From Clostridia bacterium (GTDB lineage: Bacteria; Bacillota; Clostridia; TANB77; CAG-508), in assembly GCA_017626365.1 (NCBI GenBank), contig JAGAIV010000036.1, forward strand, positions 31,104 to 95,103: 64,000 nucleotides of DNA. Reading direction: 5' to 3'. A program made the translations under genes and the position numbers. Each line of letters starts with the position of its first letter. Within the stretch, counting starts at the first letter, position 1. Shown in pieces: positions 28,915 to 40,755 of the stretch. The notes beneath the pieces are model-generated. The model was not told where the DNA came from, searched no databases, and saw nothing but the letters and a program-made list of their open reading frames with translations.

Positions 28915-28950
28915 CTACATTTCTGACGGTCATCAGAAATGTAGTTTTTT
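28915..28950 (+). terminator. Rho-independent terminator
   Basis: ctacatttctga-cggtca-tcagaaatgtag followed by tttttt. Confidence 0.8.
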
Positions 28951-29059
28951 ATGCCATTATTATAAAAATAATTAAGGCAAAGATTATGAATATTAAGAGC
29001 ATACACAAAAAAACAAATAATATTCACATAAAATTTACAAAAAGTGCAAGGTAAATAGA

Positions 29060-29089
29060 TTGACATTTATCTTGTATTTTTTATATAAT
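29060..29089 (+). promoter_or_regulatory. SigA-type promoter of the ABC exporter pair
   Basis: TTGACA-18-TATAAT. Confidence 0.55.
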
Positions 29090-29116
29090 ATAACATCACA
29101 AGGAGAGGAGAAAGAA

Positions 29117-30851
29117 ATGTTAAAAATACTAAAAAATCTAAAAAAGACTTGGGTCTCTGTTGTTATTATTGTAATTCTTCTATGTGTTCAAGCATGGGCA
29201 GATTTAGAATTACCAAGTTATACATCAAAAATAGTAAATATAGGAATCCAAGCACGGTGAAACGAATTACATATTAGAAGCAGGAATCCAAATGCTAGGA
29301 GTTGCACTTATTAGTATGATTTCAGCAATTAGCATTATGTTTTTATCGTCACGAGTAGCAGCAATGCTAGGGAAAACATTAAGGGATAAAGTATTTCAAA
29401 AAGTAATGGGATTCTCTGGGGAAGAGTTTAGTAACTTTTCTACTGCATCTTTAATTACCCGTAGCACAAACGACATTCAGCAAATTCAAATGTTAATTAC
29501 AATGCTATTTCGTGTAGTAGTATATGCTCCAATTATGGGAATAGGAGGATTTATCAGAGTATTAGCAAATAGTAATACTTCCATGGCTTGGATTATTGGA
29601 CTTGCAATTTTATGTGTTATAGGAATTGTATTAGTATTATTTATTGTAGCAATGCCAAGATTTAAAAAATTACAAGATTTTATTGATAAATTAAACCTTG
29701 TATCTCGTGAAATTTTAACAGGTTTACCAGTCATTCGTGCATTCCACACAGAAGAAAAAGAAGAAAAACGTTTCGAAGTTGCAAACCGAGATTTAATGAA
29801 AAATTATGTATTTGTCAATCGTGCGATGAGTATGATGATGCCAGCCCTAATGTTTGTTATGAATTCTATTATGCTATTAATCATTTGGGTTGGAGGGCAT
29901 AATGTAGACCAAGGTATCATTCAAGTTGGAGATATGATGGCATTTATACAATACACGATGCAAATTGTAATGAGCTTCTTAATGATTTCTATGATTTCCA
30001 TTATGCTACCACGTGCAGGAGTTTCAGCAAAACGTATTAATGAAGTATTAGAAACAAAACCAAGAATTGTTGACAAAGAAAATCCAAAGAAATTCGACGA
30101 AAGTAAAAAAGGATTGGTAGAATTTAAAAATGTATCATTCCGATATCCAGATGCCGATTCTGAATGTATTACAGATATAAACTTTGTGGCAAAACCGGGA
30201 GAAACAACAGCTATTATTGGAAGTACTGGTTCAGGAAAATCAACAATTGTTAATTTAATACCACGTTTTTATGATGTAACAGGAGGAGAATTACTAATTG
30301 ATGGTGTCAACATTAAAGAAGTACCACAAAAAGAACTAAGGAGTAAAATTGGATTTGTACCACAAAAAGGAATGCTATTTTCCGGTACAATAGAATCGAA
30401 TATTAAATATGGAAATCCCGAGATTAGCGATGAACAAATGGTAAAAGCAGCAAGGATTGCACAAGCAGAAGAATTTATTAATAATAAAGAAGAAAAATAC
30501 GATGCCCCTATTTCACAAGGTGGAACTAACGTATCGGGAGGACAAAGACAACGTTTATCGATTGCAAGAGCAATTGCTATTGACCCAGAAATATTGGTAT
30601 TTGACGATAGCTTTTCAGCATTAGATTTAAAAACAGACGCAGCCTTAAGGGCAGCTCTTGCAAAAGAAACCAAAAATAAAACAGTGATTATTGTAGCTCA
30701 AAGAATTAGTACAATTTTAAATGCAGATCAAATTATTGTACTAGAAGAAGGTACAATGGTAGGAAAAGGAACGCATGAAGAATTAATGAAAACATGTGAA
30801 GCTTACCGAGAAATTGCATTATCACAACTTTCAAAGGAGGAATTAGAATAA
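29117..30851 (+). CDS. ABC exporter (fused permease + ATPase), partner 1 of a heterodimer, interrupted by a +1 frameshift at 29255..29260
   Basis: The N-terminus MLKILKNLKKTWVSVVIIV..YTSKIVNIGIQAR* (track ORF 29060..29260) continues in the +1 frame as (G)ETNYILEAGIQMLGVAL.. (track ORF 29292..30851). Walker A GSTGSGKST is present, and the total of about 577 aa is typical. Confidence 0.7.
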
Positions 30852-32716
30852 TGGCACATATGAATCAAAAGAAACCTCCGATGGGAGGAATGGGACCAGG
30901 TCCAGCTCATGGAGGAGGACCTGCAGAAAAACCAAAAGATTTTAAAAACACAACTAAAAAATTAATAAAAAATTATTTGGCAAATTATAAATTTGCAATT
31001 GCAATTGTTATTCTATTTGCAGTAGGAAGTACAATCTTTTCCATTGTAGGACCAAAGATATTAGGAAATGCAACAACAGAAGTATATACTGGTATTATGA
31101 GTAAATTATCCGGTGGAGCAGGAATTAACTTTGAAAAAATTGCTGAAATTTTATTAACGTTATTAGCATTATATCTAATTAGTGCGTCATTTTCGTTTAT
31201 ACAAGGATTTGTTATGACAGGTGTTTCTCAAAAAATTACTTATCGACTTCGTAATGATATTGCTAGAAAAATAAACCGTATGCCAATGCATTATTTTGAT
31301 AAAAAAACACATGGAGAAGTATTATCCATTATTACAAATGATATTGATACCATTAGCCAAAATTTAAACCAGAGTATTACGCAAATTATAACATCAATTT
31401 GTACCATTATTGGAATTTTAATTATGATGTTTTCTATTAGCTGGCTTATGACACTAATTTCACTATTCATTTTACCAGTTGCAGCTTTTATTGTAAAAGT
31501 AATTGTAGGAAAATCCCAAAAATACTTCCAAGCACAACAAGAATATTTGGGTCATGTTAATGGTCAAGTAGAAGAAATATATGGTGGTCATACTATTGTA
31601 AAAGCATTTAATGGGGAAAAACAAGCGTTAGAAGAATTTGAAAAAGCAAATGATACCCTATATCATTCTGCATGGAAATCACAATTCTTGTCTGGCTTAA
31701 TTCACCCAGTTATGAACTTTGTGGGAAACATTGGATATGTAGCAGTAGCGATATTAGGAGGATATCTTGCTGTAAAAGGAAGAATTACCGTAGGAAATAT
31801 TCAATCATTTATCCAATATAATAAACAATTTACCCAGCCAATTAACCAAATTGCACAAGTATCAAGCATGCTTCAAGCAATGGTAGCAGCAGCTGAAAGA
31901 GTATTTATTTTCTTAGAAGAGCCAGAAGAGGTACAAACAAGTGATAATAAAGTATCAACAAAAGACTTAAAGGGAAATATTACGTTTGACCATGTTATGT
32001 TTGGATATGATGATGACAAGATTATTATTCACGACTTTAATGCCAAAGTAAAAGACGGGCAAAAAATAGCAATTGTCGGACCAACAGGAGCTGGAAAAAC
32101 AACAATGGTAAAATTACTAATGAGATTTTATGATGTAAATAGTGGTGAGATTTTAATTGATGGTCATAACATTCAAGATTTTGACCGTGGAGAACTTCGT
32201 AAAATGTTTGGAATGGTATTACAAGATACATGGTTATTTGGTGGAACCATTAAAGATAATATTAAATATGGAAAACCAGATGCAACCGATAACGAAGTAA
32301 TCGAAGCTGCTAAGGCAGCACATGTGCATCACTTTATCAAAACACTTCCAAAATCTTATGACATGGTAATTGGAGAGGAATCAAGCAATATTTCAGCAGG
32401 GCAAAAACAATTAATGACTATCGCAAGAGTTATCCTAACAGACCCCAAAATTCTAATACTAGACGAAGCAACCAGTTCCATCGATACCAGAACCGAACAA
32501 CAAATTCAATCAGCAATGGATAACTTAATGAAAGGAAGAACCAGCTTTATTATTGCACACCGTTTATCTACAATCAGAAATGCAGATTTAATATTAGTAA
32601 TGGACCATGGAGATATTGTTGAACAAGGAACTCATGATGAGTTACTTGCAAAAGATGGATTTTATGCAAAATTATATAACTCACAGTTCGAAGAATGTGA
32701 GGATGAAATAGAATAA
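30851..32716 (+). CDS. ABC exporter (permease + ATPase), partner 2
   Basis: Six TM helices plus an NBD with Walker A GPTGAGKTT, the signature LSGGQ-like SAGQKQ, and Walker B ILILDEATS. Confidence 0.85.
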   Translation: MAHMNQKKPPMGGMGPGPAHGGGPAEKPKDFKNTTKKLIKNYLANYKFAIAIVILFAVGSTIFSIVGPKILGNATTEVYTGIMSKLSGGAGINFEKIAEILLTLLALYLISASFSFIQGFVMTGVSQKITYRLRNDIARKINRMPMHYFDKKTHGEVLSIITNDIDTISQNLNQSITQIITSICTIIGILIMMFSISWLMTLISLFILPVAAFIVKVIVGKSQKYFQAQQEYLGHVNGQVEEIYGGHTIVKAFNGEKQALEEFEKANDTLYHSAWKSQFLSGLIHPVMNFVGNIGYVAVAILGGYLAVKGRITVGNIQSFIQYNKQFTQPINQIAQVSSMLQAMVAAAERVFIFLEEPEEVQTSDNKVSTKDLKGNITFDHVMFGYDDDKIIIHDFNAKVKDGQKIAIVGPTGAGKTTMVKLLMRFYDVNSGEILIDGHNIQDFDRGELRKMFGMVLQDTWLFGGTIKDNIKYGKPDATDNEVIEAAKAAHVHHFIKTLPKSYDMVIGEESSNISAGQKQLMTIARVILTDPKILILDEATSSIDTRTEQQIQSAMDNLMKGRTSFIIAHRLSTIRNADLILVMDHGDIVEQGTHDELLAKDGFYAKLYNSQFEECEDEIE

Positions 32717-32781
32717 GCCTATGGCTTATTCTATTTTTATATATTTTATGATATAATAGGACAAGAAAAGGAGAGAATGTA

Positions 32782-33669
32782 ATGATTCCAGATTTTTTAA
32801 TACAAAAATTAGAAGTACAATATGGAAAAGAAATAGCACAAAAAATAATAGAAGGGTATGGGTGCAAAAGACCAGTCACTCTTCGTGTTAATACCATAAA
32901 AGCAACAAAAGATAAGATAAAAGAAGTTCTTAATGACTTGAATATAACTTATCAAGAAGTTTCATGGAATAAAGATGCTCTTATTTTAGAAGGAGCACGA
33001 GAAGATAAAATACAAGAACTAGATATTTATAAAAACGGAGAAATCTATTTGCAAAGTCTTTCTTCTATGCTTCCACCAATCATATTAGAGCCAAAAGAAA
33101 ATACGGATATTCTAGATATGGCAGCAGCACCAGGGGGAAAGACCACCCAGATGGCGGCACTTTCTGGTAATATGGCACATATTACAGCATGTGAGTTAAA
33201 TAAAATTCGTGCAGAGCGTTTAAAATATAATCTTGAAAAACAAGGAGCATCTTGTGTATATGTTATGGAAAAAGATGCAAGACAAATCGACGACTTTTTC
33301 TCATTTGACCAAATATTATTAGACGCACCATGTAGTGGAAGTGGAACATTAGATGCTACAAATCCAAAGATGAGTCAGATTTTTACAGAAAAATTAATTA
33401 AAAAATCAGTAGCATCTCAAAAAGCATTACTCAATAAAGCAATTACTATTTTAAAAAAAGGTTGCGAAATAGTGTATTCCACCTGTTCTATTCTAAAAGA
33501 AGAAAATGAAGATATCATAGAGCTATTTCTAAAATTAAACAAAATAGAAATTGTTCCTATTAAAATAGAAGATGTACCACTTCTTCCAGTAAGCATAAAG
33601 GGTACTATTTGTGTAGCTCCAAATGAGTTATATGAAGGTTTCTTTATTGCAAAATTAAGAAAAAACTGA
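32782..33669 (+). CDS. RsmB/RsmF-family (NOL1/NOP2/Sun) rRNA m5C methyltransferase
   Basis: SAM motif DMAAAPGGKT and the catalytic DAPCSGSG and TCS motifs. Confidence 0.75.
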   Translation: MIPDFLIQKLEVQYGKEIAQKIIEGYGCKRPVTLRVNTIKATKDKIKEVLNDLNITYQEVSWNKDALILEGAREDKIQELDIYKNGEIYLQSLSSMLPPIILEPKENTDILDMAAAPGGKTTQMAALSGNMAHITACELNKIRAERLKYNLEKQGASCVYVMEKDARQIDDFFSFDQILLDAPCSGSGTLDATNPKMSQIFTEKLIKKSVASQKALLNKAITILKKGCEIVYSTCSILKEENEDIIELFLKLNKIEIVPIKIEDVPLLPVSIKGTICVAPNELYEGFFIAKLRKN

Positions 33670-33743
33670 CCACTCCGTATAATGAAAAATTGCTATTTTT
33701 AAAGTATAATATAAGAATAGACTAAAAAGAGAGGAAAAGAAAA

Positions 33744-35597
33744 ATGGAAATTCGAGATATTAAAATACCGAAAATGAAATTTAAAAAAATGAAATTAAAT
33801 ACCGATATGTTGGAGCAATTTGAAGAGTTTGATTTTGAAACAATGGAAAAGAAATATACCAAAAATCGTACTACCCCATACGAAGATATGTCACATTATA
33901 AAACGGTTAAGGAATTCTTTTTAAAATCCATAAAAAACTATCCAAACAGACCATGTATTTTAGAAAAGCCAAACCATAAAGAACCATATAGAACTATTAC
34001 TTATGAAGAATTTGGAGAAGATGTACTAGCCTTAGGAACGGCCCTCATTCATCTATTAAATTTAAAAGATAAAAGGGTAATGATTATTGGAGAAACACAA
34101 TATGGCTGGTATATCTCATATATGGCAATGCTTTGCGGAGTAGGAATTGCAGTACCAACCGACCGAGAATTACCACTAAATGAACTAGAAAATATCATAA
34201 AAAGAGCTAAGATTTCTGCTATTATTTATTCTCCTAAAAGAGAAGATGATATGAAAAAATTACAAGAAAAATTACCAGAAGTAGAATATTTTATCGAAAT
34301 GAAATCTGAGCAAAAGATAGAAGGAAAACAAGTAGGATTACAGTATTTAGTAGAAACAGGAAGGCGATTGAGAAAAGCAGGAAATCATTCTTTTGAAGAA
34401 ATTGAAATTGATCCAGAAGAATTTAAAATTTTATTTTTTACATCAGGAACTACTTCAAATTCAAAAGGAGTTATGCTAAACAATAGAAACCTAGCAGAAA
34501 ATATTAATGCTGTATCTGCTTATGTCAAAATTTACCCAATGGACCGTTTATTTTCTGTACTACCACTACATCATTGTTATGAATCTACAATTGGTTTTTT
34601 AGTACCAATTGCACAAGGTTCTTCCATCGCCATTTGTGAAGGATTACGATATATTGTACAAAATTTACAAGAAGCAAAACCAACTGGAATTTTAACAGTA
34701 CCACTTTTAGTAGAAAGTTTGTATAAGAAAATAAATGAAAAAATCGTAAATAGCAAAAAAGATAAAATTGTTAATACGATGATATCTTTTACAAATGCCT
34801 TAAAAAAAGCAGGTATCGATATCAAAAAGAAAGTATTCAAAGAAATATATGATAACTTAGGGGGAAACTTAAGAATAGTTGTATGTGCAGCAGCTCCTAT
34901 TGATAAAAAAGTTGGGCTATGGTTAGAAGATATTGGAATGACTTTTTTGCAAGGATATGGTTTAACAGAAACCGCTCCTATATCTGCCTTAACACCAGAA
35001 TATAACACTTGTGTTGGTTCTTGTGGAAAAGCAATTGTACAAGCAGATATTAAAATTAAAAATCCAAATGAAGCAGGAGAAGGAGAAATTTTAATTAAAA
35101 CGCCAACTCTTATGATGGGATATTACGAAGATGAAGAAGCAACGAAAAAAGTAATTGATGACGATGAATATTTTAATTCTGGAGATATTGGATATATCGA
35201 CGAAAATGGATACATTTTTATTACAGGAAGAAGCAAAAATGTTATTGTAACACAAAACGGAAAAAACATTTATCCAGAAGAAATCGAAATGATGATTGAT
35301 AGAATTGATGAAGTAAAAGAATCTATGGTTTATGGAGCAAAACCAAGTAGCGAAAGTAAAAAAGAAGAAAAAGAATTGATTATTACAGCAAGAGTATTGC
35401 CGGATTATGATAAAATAAAAGAATTACATGGAGATATTTCCAAAGAAGAAATATATAATATTTTGTGGAGTAATATAAAAGAAGTAAATAAAAAATTAAC
35501 CTCGTACAAAGCAGTAAAAGCACTTGAAATAAAAGAAGGAGAATTTGAAAAAACTTCTACCATGAAAATTAAAAGATATAAAGAATTAATCCATTAA
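33744..35597 (+). CDS. Long-chain fatty-acid--CoA ligase (AMP-binding family)
   Basis: AMP-binding box FTSGTTSNSKGVML and the ..GYGLTE motif. Confidence 0.75.
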   Translation: MEIRDIKIPKMKFKKMKLNTDMLEQFEEFDFETMEKKYTKNRTTPYEDMSHYKTVKEFFLKSIKNYPNRPCILEKPNHKEPYRTITYEEFGEDVLALGTALIHLLNLKDKRVMIIGETQYGWYISYMAMLCGVGIAVPTDRELPLNELENIIKRAKISAIIYSPKREDDMKKLQEKLPEVEYFIEMKSEQKIEGKQVGLQYLVETGRRLRKAGNHSFEEIEIDPEEFKILFFTSGTTSNSKGVMLNNRNLAENINAVSAYVKIYPMDRLFSVLPLHHCYESTIGFLVPIAQGSSIAICEGLRYIVQNLQEAKPTGILTVPLLVESLYKKINEKIVNSKKDKIVNTMISFTNALKKAGIDIKKKVFKEIYDNLGGNLRIVVCAAAPIDKKVGLWLEDIGMTFLQGYGLTETAPISALTPEYNTCVGSCGKAIVQADIKIKNPNEAGEGEILIKTPTLMMGYYEDEEATKKVIDDDEYFNSGDIGYIDENGYIFITGRSKNVIVTQNGKNIYPEEIEMMIDRIDEVKESMVYGAKPSSESKKEEKELIITARVLPDYDKIKELHGDISKEEIYNILWSNIKEVNKKLTSYKAVKALEIKEGEFEKTSTMKIKRYKELIH

Positions 35598-35599
35598 GA

Positions 35600-35637
35600 A
35601 AAATGATTTTAGGGGTAGTCCCTAAAATCATTTTTTT
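35600..35637 (+). terminator. Family-3 palindrome, minimal copy F2, acting as a rho-independent terminator
   Basis: aaaatgattttagggg-ta-gtccctaaaatcatt followed by tttttt. Confidence 0.75.
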
Positions 35638-35737
35638 CTCTAAAAATATAGATAAAAATGAGTGTTAACCTTGACAAACAAATGAAAACGTAATATAATG
35701 TTAACCGCAGTTAACTTTAAAAAGGAGAAATGAAAAA

Positions 35738-36184
35738 ATGGTTTCAAAAGCATTAGAAGAGTACTTAAAAACAATGTATGTTTTAAAACAACAAAATGGA
35801 AAAATACGAGTAACGGATATTGCTGAAAAAATGAATTGTACCAAGCCTAGTGTGAATAAGGCAATTTACAATTTGAAAGATAATGGTTTATTAAATTATG
35901 AATCTTATGGAACAATCGAATTAACCAAAGAAGGAGAAAACTTAGCAAAAAAGATATTAGAAGCCTATGATATTGTATATTTATTTGTAAAAGATGTCTT
36001 AAACTTAGATGAGAAAGAAGCACAAAAAGAAGCTGAAAAAATAAAATCAGTGATAGCAGATGATACAATTAATCAATTAGCTAGGTATGTCCATAAAGTT
36101 CTTGGATTAAATCGCCTAGATTGTGATTATGATATTAATAAAGAAAAATGTAGATGTTGTGCAAGAAGAGTATCTACGAAATAA
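35738..36184 (+). CDS. DtxR/MntR-family metal-dependent transcriptional regulator with a C-terminal Cys-rich tail
   Basis: N-terminal ALEEYLKTMYVL..VTDIAEKMN.TKPSV is a DtxR-like HTH. The C-terminus ..CDYDINKEKCRCC is unusual. It sits directly upstream of the suf genes. Confidence 0.7.
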   Translation: MVSKALEEYLKTMYVLKQQNGKIRVTDIAEKMNCTKPSVNKAIYNLKDNGLLNYESYGTIELTKEGENLAKKILEAYDIVYLFVKDVLNLDEKEAQKEAEKIKSVIADDTINQLARYVHKVLGLNRLDCDYDINKEKCRCCARRVSTK

Positions 36185-36206
36185 TGAAACAAGAAAGGAA
36201 ATTAAC

Positions 36207-36947
36207 ATGAGTAACAAACTATTAGAAATAAAAGATTTATATGTAAATGCAGAGGATAAAGAAATTTTAAAAGGAATTAATTTAAGCATTAATAAAGGAG
36301 AAATCCATGTTATTATGGGACCAAACGGTTCTGGTAAAACAACAACAGCAAATGCTATCTTAAATAATCCTATTTATACAAAACAAAAAGGTAGTATTGA
36401 ATTTGAAGGACAAGATATTACAAACTTAAAAACAGATGAAATTGCAAGAAATGGAATCTTTATGTCTTTTCAATTGCCAGAGGAAATCCCAGGAGTTTCT
36501 GTAACGAATTTCTTAAAATATGCCAAAAACAAAGTAACAGGAAAACCAGTAAAAATATTTGAATTTAAGAACGAACTAAAGAAATATATGGAAGAGTTAA
36601 ATATGAATCCGAAAAATATGGAAAGAAGTTTAAATGTTGGATTTTCTGGTGGAGAAAAAAAGAAAAATGAAATTTTACAAATGCTAGTGTTAAATCCAAA
36701 ACTTGCTATATTAGATGAAACCGATTCCGGACTTGATGTTGATGCTATCAAAACGGTATCTAAGGGAATTGAAATGTTTAAAAACAAAAAGAATGCTGTT
36801 TTAATCATTACCCATAATACTAAGATTTTGCATAGCTTAAAAGTTGATTATGTACATGTTTTAGTAGACGGAAAAATCGTAAAAACAGGTTCACAAGAAC
36901 TAGCAAAGGAAATCGAAGAAAACGGTTACGCCAAATATAAACAGTAG
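36207..36947 (+). CDS. sufC: Fe-S cluster assembly ATPase SufC
   Basis: MSNKLLEIKDLYV..GPNGSGKTT. RBS aaggaa precedes the ATG at 36207. The track start 36123 is a GTG overlapping the upstream regulator gene. Confidence 0.85.
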   Translation: MSNKLLEIKDLYVNAEDKEILKGINLSINKGEIHVIMGPNGSGKTTTANAILNNPIYTKQKGSIEFEGQDITNLKTDEIARNGIFMSFQLPEEIPGVSVTNFLKYAKNKVTGKPVKIFEFKNELKKYMEELNMNPKNMERSLNVGFSGGEKKKNEILQMLVLNPKLAILDETDSGLDVDAIKTVSKGIEMFKNKKNAVLIITHNTKILHSLKVDYVHVLVDGKIVKTGSQELAKEIEENGYAKYKQ

Positions 36948-36953
36948 AGAAAA

Positions 36954-36997
36954 GGCCCATTTACTTAAGGGGGCTGTCGCGAAGCGACTGGGGGTTC
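36954..36997 (+). repeat. Family-1 GC-rich element, single unit B
   Basis: ggcccatttacttaagggggctgtcgcgaagcgactgggggttc. Confidence 0.65.
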
Positions 36998-37038
36998 TAA
37001 AAAGAGAAAAATTAAACAAGGAGAGGAATTTTAAAGCA

Positions 37039-38439
37039 ATGGCAAAAACAAAACTAGACGAAATAAATAGAAATATCTATGACATCAAAAATAAAGATGA
37101 ATATGATTTTAAAATAAAAAAAGGACTAACTCCGGAAATTATAGAAGAAATATCAAAGCAAAAAGATGACCCACAGTGGATGAGAGAGTTTAGACTGAAA
37201 GCGTTAGAAGTATATAACAAATTAGAACTTCCTACTTGGGGACCAGACTTATCAGAACTTGATATGAATGAAATTGCTACCTATGTAAGACCAAAAACTT
37301 CCTTAAACAGTTCTTGGGAGGATGTGCCAGAAGATATTAAAAACACCTTTGACAAATTAGGAATACCAGAAGCAGAAAAAGAGTCTCTTGCAGGAGTAGG
37401 AGCACAATACGATTCTGAAGTGGTTTACCATAGTATGAAACAAGAGCTAATTAAGCAAGGGGTTATTTATACCGATATGGAAAGTGCCCTTAAAAAATAT
37501 CCGGACTTAGTAAAAGAACATTTTATGAAATGTGTGCCTGTTTATGACCATAAATTTGTAGCATTACATGGAGCAGTTTGGTCGGGTGGTTCCTTTGTAT
37601 ATGTTCCAAAAGGAGTAAAAGTGGATATCCCACTTCAATCTTATTTTAGGCTAAATTCACCAGAATCTGGGCAATTTGAACATACACTTATTATTGTAGA
37701 CGAGGGAGCAAGTCTTCATTTTATTGAAGGATGTAGTGCACCAAAATATAATAAGGTAAACTTGCATGCAGGTTGTGTAGAGTTATATGTAAAAGACAAT
37801 GCATATTTACGATATTCTACCATAGAGAACTGGTCTAAAAATATGTTAAACTTAAATACCAAAAAAGCAATTGTAGGGAAAAATGCAAAAATGGATTGGG
37901 TGAGTGGTTCCTTTGGTTCAAAAATATCAATGTTATACCCAATGAGTATTTTAAATGGAGAAGGAGCAAAAACAGAATATACAGGAATTTCTTTTGCAGG
38001 AAAAGGACAAAATTTAGATAATGGATTTAAAGTAGTTCATAATGCAAAAAATACTTCTAGTGTTGTAAATGCAAAATCAATTTCCAAAAATGGGGGAAAA
38101 TGTACGTACCGTTCTTTAGTAAGAATTAATGAAAATGCTGCAAGTTCTAAATCAAGCGTATCTTGTGAATCATTAATGCTAGACGATATTTCCGTTTCTG
38201 ATACGATACCTGTAAATGATATTAGAACTGATGAAGTTGAATTCTCACACGAAGCAAAAATTGGAAAAATCAGTGATAAAACAATCTTTTATTTAATGAG
38301 TAGAGGCTTATCAGAAGAAGATGCCAAAGCAATGATTGTAAGAGGATTTGCTTATCCAATTTCAAAAGAATTGCCAGTAGAATATGCTGTAGAAATGAAT
38401 AATTTAATTAACTTAGAATTGGAGGGTGCGATTGGATAA
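37039..38439 (+). CDS. sufB: Fe-S cluster assembly protein SufB
   Basis: 466 aa with strong SufB similarity throughout. Confidence 0.9.
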   Translation: MAKTKLDEINRNIYDIKNKDEYDFKIKKGLTPEIIEEISKQKDDPQWMREFRLKALEVYNKLELPTWGPDLSELDMNEIATYVRPKTSLNSSWEDVPEDIKNTFDKLGIPEAEKESLAGVGAQYDSEVVYHSMKQELIKQGVIYTDMESALKKYPDLVKEHFMKCVPVYDHKFVALHGAVWSGGSFVYVPKGVKVDIPLQSYFRLNSPESGQFEHTLIIVDEGASLHFIEGCSAPKYNKVNLHAGCVELYVKDNAYLRYSTIENWSKNMLNLNTKKAIVGKNAKMDWVSGSFGSKISMLYPMSILNGEGAKTEYTGISFAGKGQNLDNGFKVVHNAKNTSSVVNAKSISKNGGKCTYRSLVRINENAASSKSSVSCESLMLDDISVSDTIPVNDIRTDEVEFSHEAKIGKISDKTIFYLMSRGLSEEDAKAMIVRGFAYPISKELPVEYAVEMNNLINLELEGAIG

Positions 38440-39503
38440 TGGAAAAATTAAAACTAAATGAAACACCAGTAAGAACCTCAAGAAATTATAATATAAACAA
38501 TATTACATTAGAAAATATTAAAATACCAGAAAATATAGAAAGCTTTGAAAATGTAGAAATCAAAGGAGAAAGCTCCAAAATTAAAATCGATAGCAAAGTT
38601 AATAATTGTGACTTGGTTTATGGATTACTAGATACGCTAACCAATCAAGTAAAGGAACATGCAAATCAAAAATTAATGGTAAGCATTGATAGTAAAACCA
38701 ATCAAGAAGTACAAATTGGATTTACTTTTGATAATAAAAACAGTCAATTGATTGACCATATACAAGTGGAATCTCGTGAAAATACAAAGGCAACGGTAAT
38801 TATAAAGTATGAAGCAAAAGAAGGAGTAGAAGCATTTCATAATGGAATGATAAAAATACATGCAAAAAAAGGTTCCGAAATAAATGTGATTCTTTTAAAT
38901 CTTATGAACCTAAGTTCGAATCACTTTATGAGCATTGAAAATGAATTAGAAGAAGATGCAAATTTAAAATATACTATTATTGATTTTGGTGGAAAAAATA
39001 GTATTAGCAATTACTATGCAAACTTAAAAGGAAACTCTTGTCAAAATACGCTAAATACGATTTACCTAGGAAAAGAAAATCAAGTATTTGACTTAAACTA
39101 CATAGGTGAATTAAGAGGAGAAAAATCCAATATCAATATTGAAGTAGAGGGAGCCTTAAGAGATACTGCAAAAAAACATTTTAAAGGAACAATAGATTTC
39201 AAAAAAGGTTGTAAAAAAGCAAGTGGAAATGAAAATGAAAATTGTATGCTATTATCCGATACTGCAAAATCGCTTGCATTACCAATGCTATTATGTTCCG
39301 AAGAAGAGGTAGAAGGAAACCATTCAAGCTCAGCTGGAAAAGTAGGAGACAAAGAACTATTTTACATTATGAGTAGAGGTTTTGAGAAAAAAGAGGCTAT
39401 GAAGCTTATGGTAAGAGCGAAATTTAACAAGATTATAGAAAATATTAAAAATGAAGAATTAAAAAATAAGGTTATCGAAGAGATTGATAAAAGATTAGAT
39501 TAG
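38439..39503 (+). CDS. sufD: Fe-S cluster assembly protein SufD
   Basis: SufB/D family C-terminal beta-helix domain. Its position after sufB fits. Confidence 0.8.
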   Translation: MEKLKLNETPVRTSRNYNINNITLENIKIPENIESFENVEIKGESSKIKIDSKVNNCDLVYGLLDTLTNQVKEHANQKLMVSIDSKTNQEVQIGFTFDNKNSQLIDHIQVESRENTKATVIIKYEAKEGVEAFHNGMIKIHAKKGSEINVILLNLMNLSSNHFMSIENELEEDANLKYTIIDFGGKNSISNYYANLKGNSCQNTLNTIYLGKENQVFDLNYIGELRGEKSNINIEVEGALRDTAKKHFKGTIDFKKGCKKASGNENENCMLLSDTAKSLALPMLLCSEEEVEGNHSSSAGKVGDKELFYIMSRGFEKKEAMKLMVRAKFNKIIENIKNEELKNKVIEEIDKRLD

Positions 39504-39514
39504 GAGAAGGTAGG

Positions 39515-40736
<1,222 letters not shown>

Positions 40737-40755
40737 AGTTAAATGGAGGAACAAG

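Noticed and set aside
28815-29054. 79-aa plus-strand ORF between dapL and the ABC exporter
   Set aside because: It spans the terminator hairpin and the ABC promoter. It has no RBS and a low-complexity translation, so it is an intergenic artefact.
36123-36206. Track start of sufC at GTG 36123, overlapping the DtxR-like gene
   Set aside because: ATG 36207 (MSNKLLEIKDLYV) matches the SufC N-terminus and has an RBS. The upstream extension encodes low-complexity sequence overlapping the regulator.
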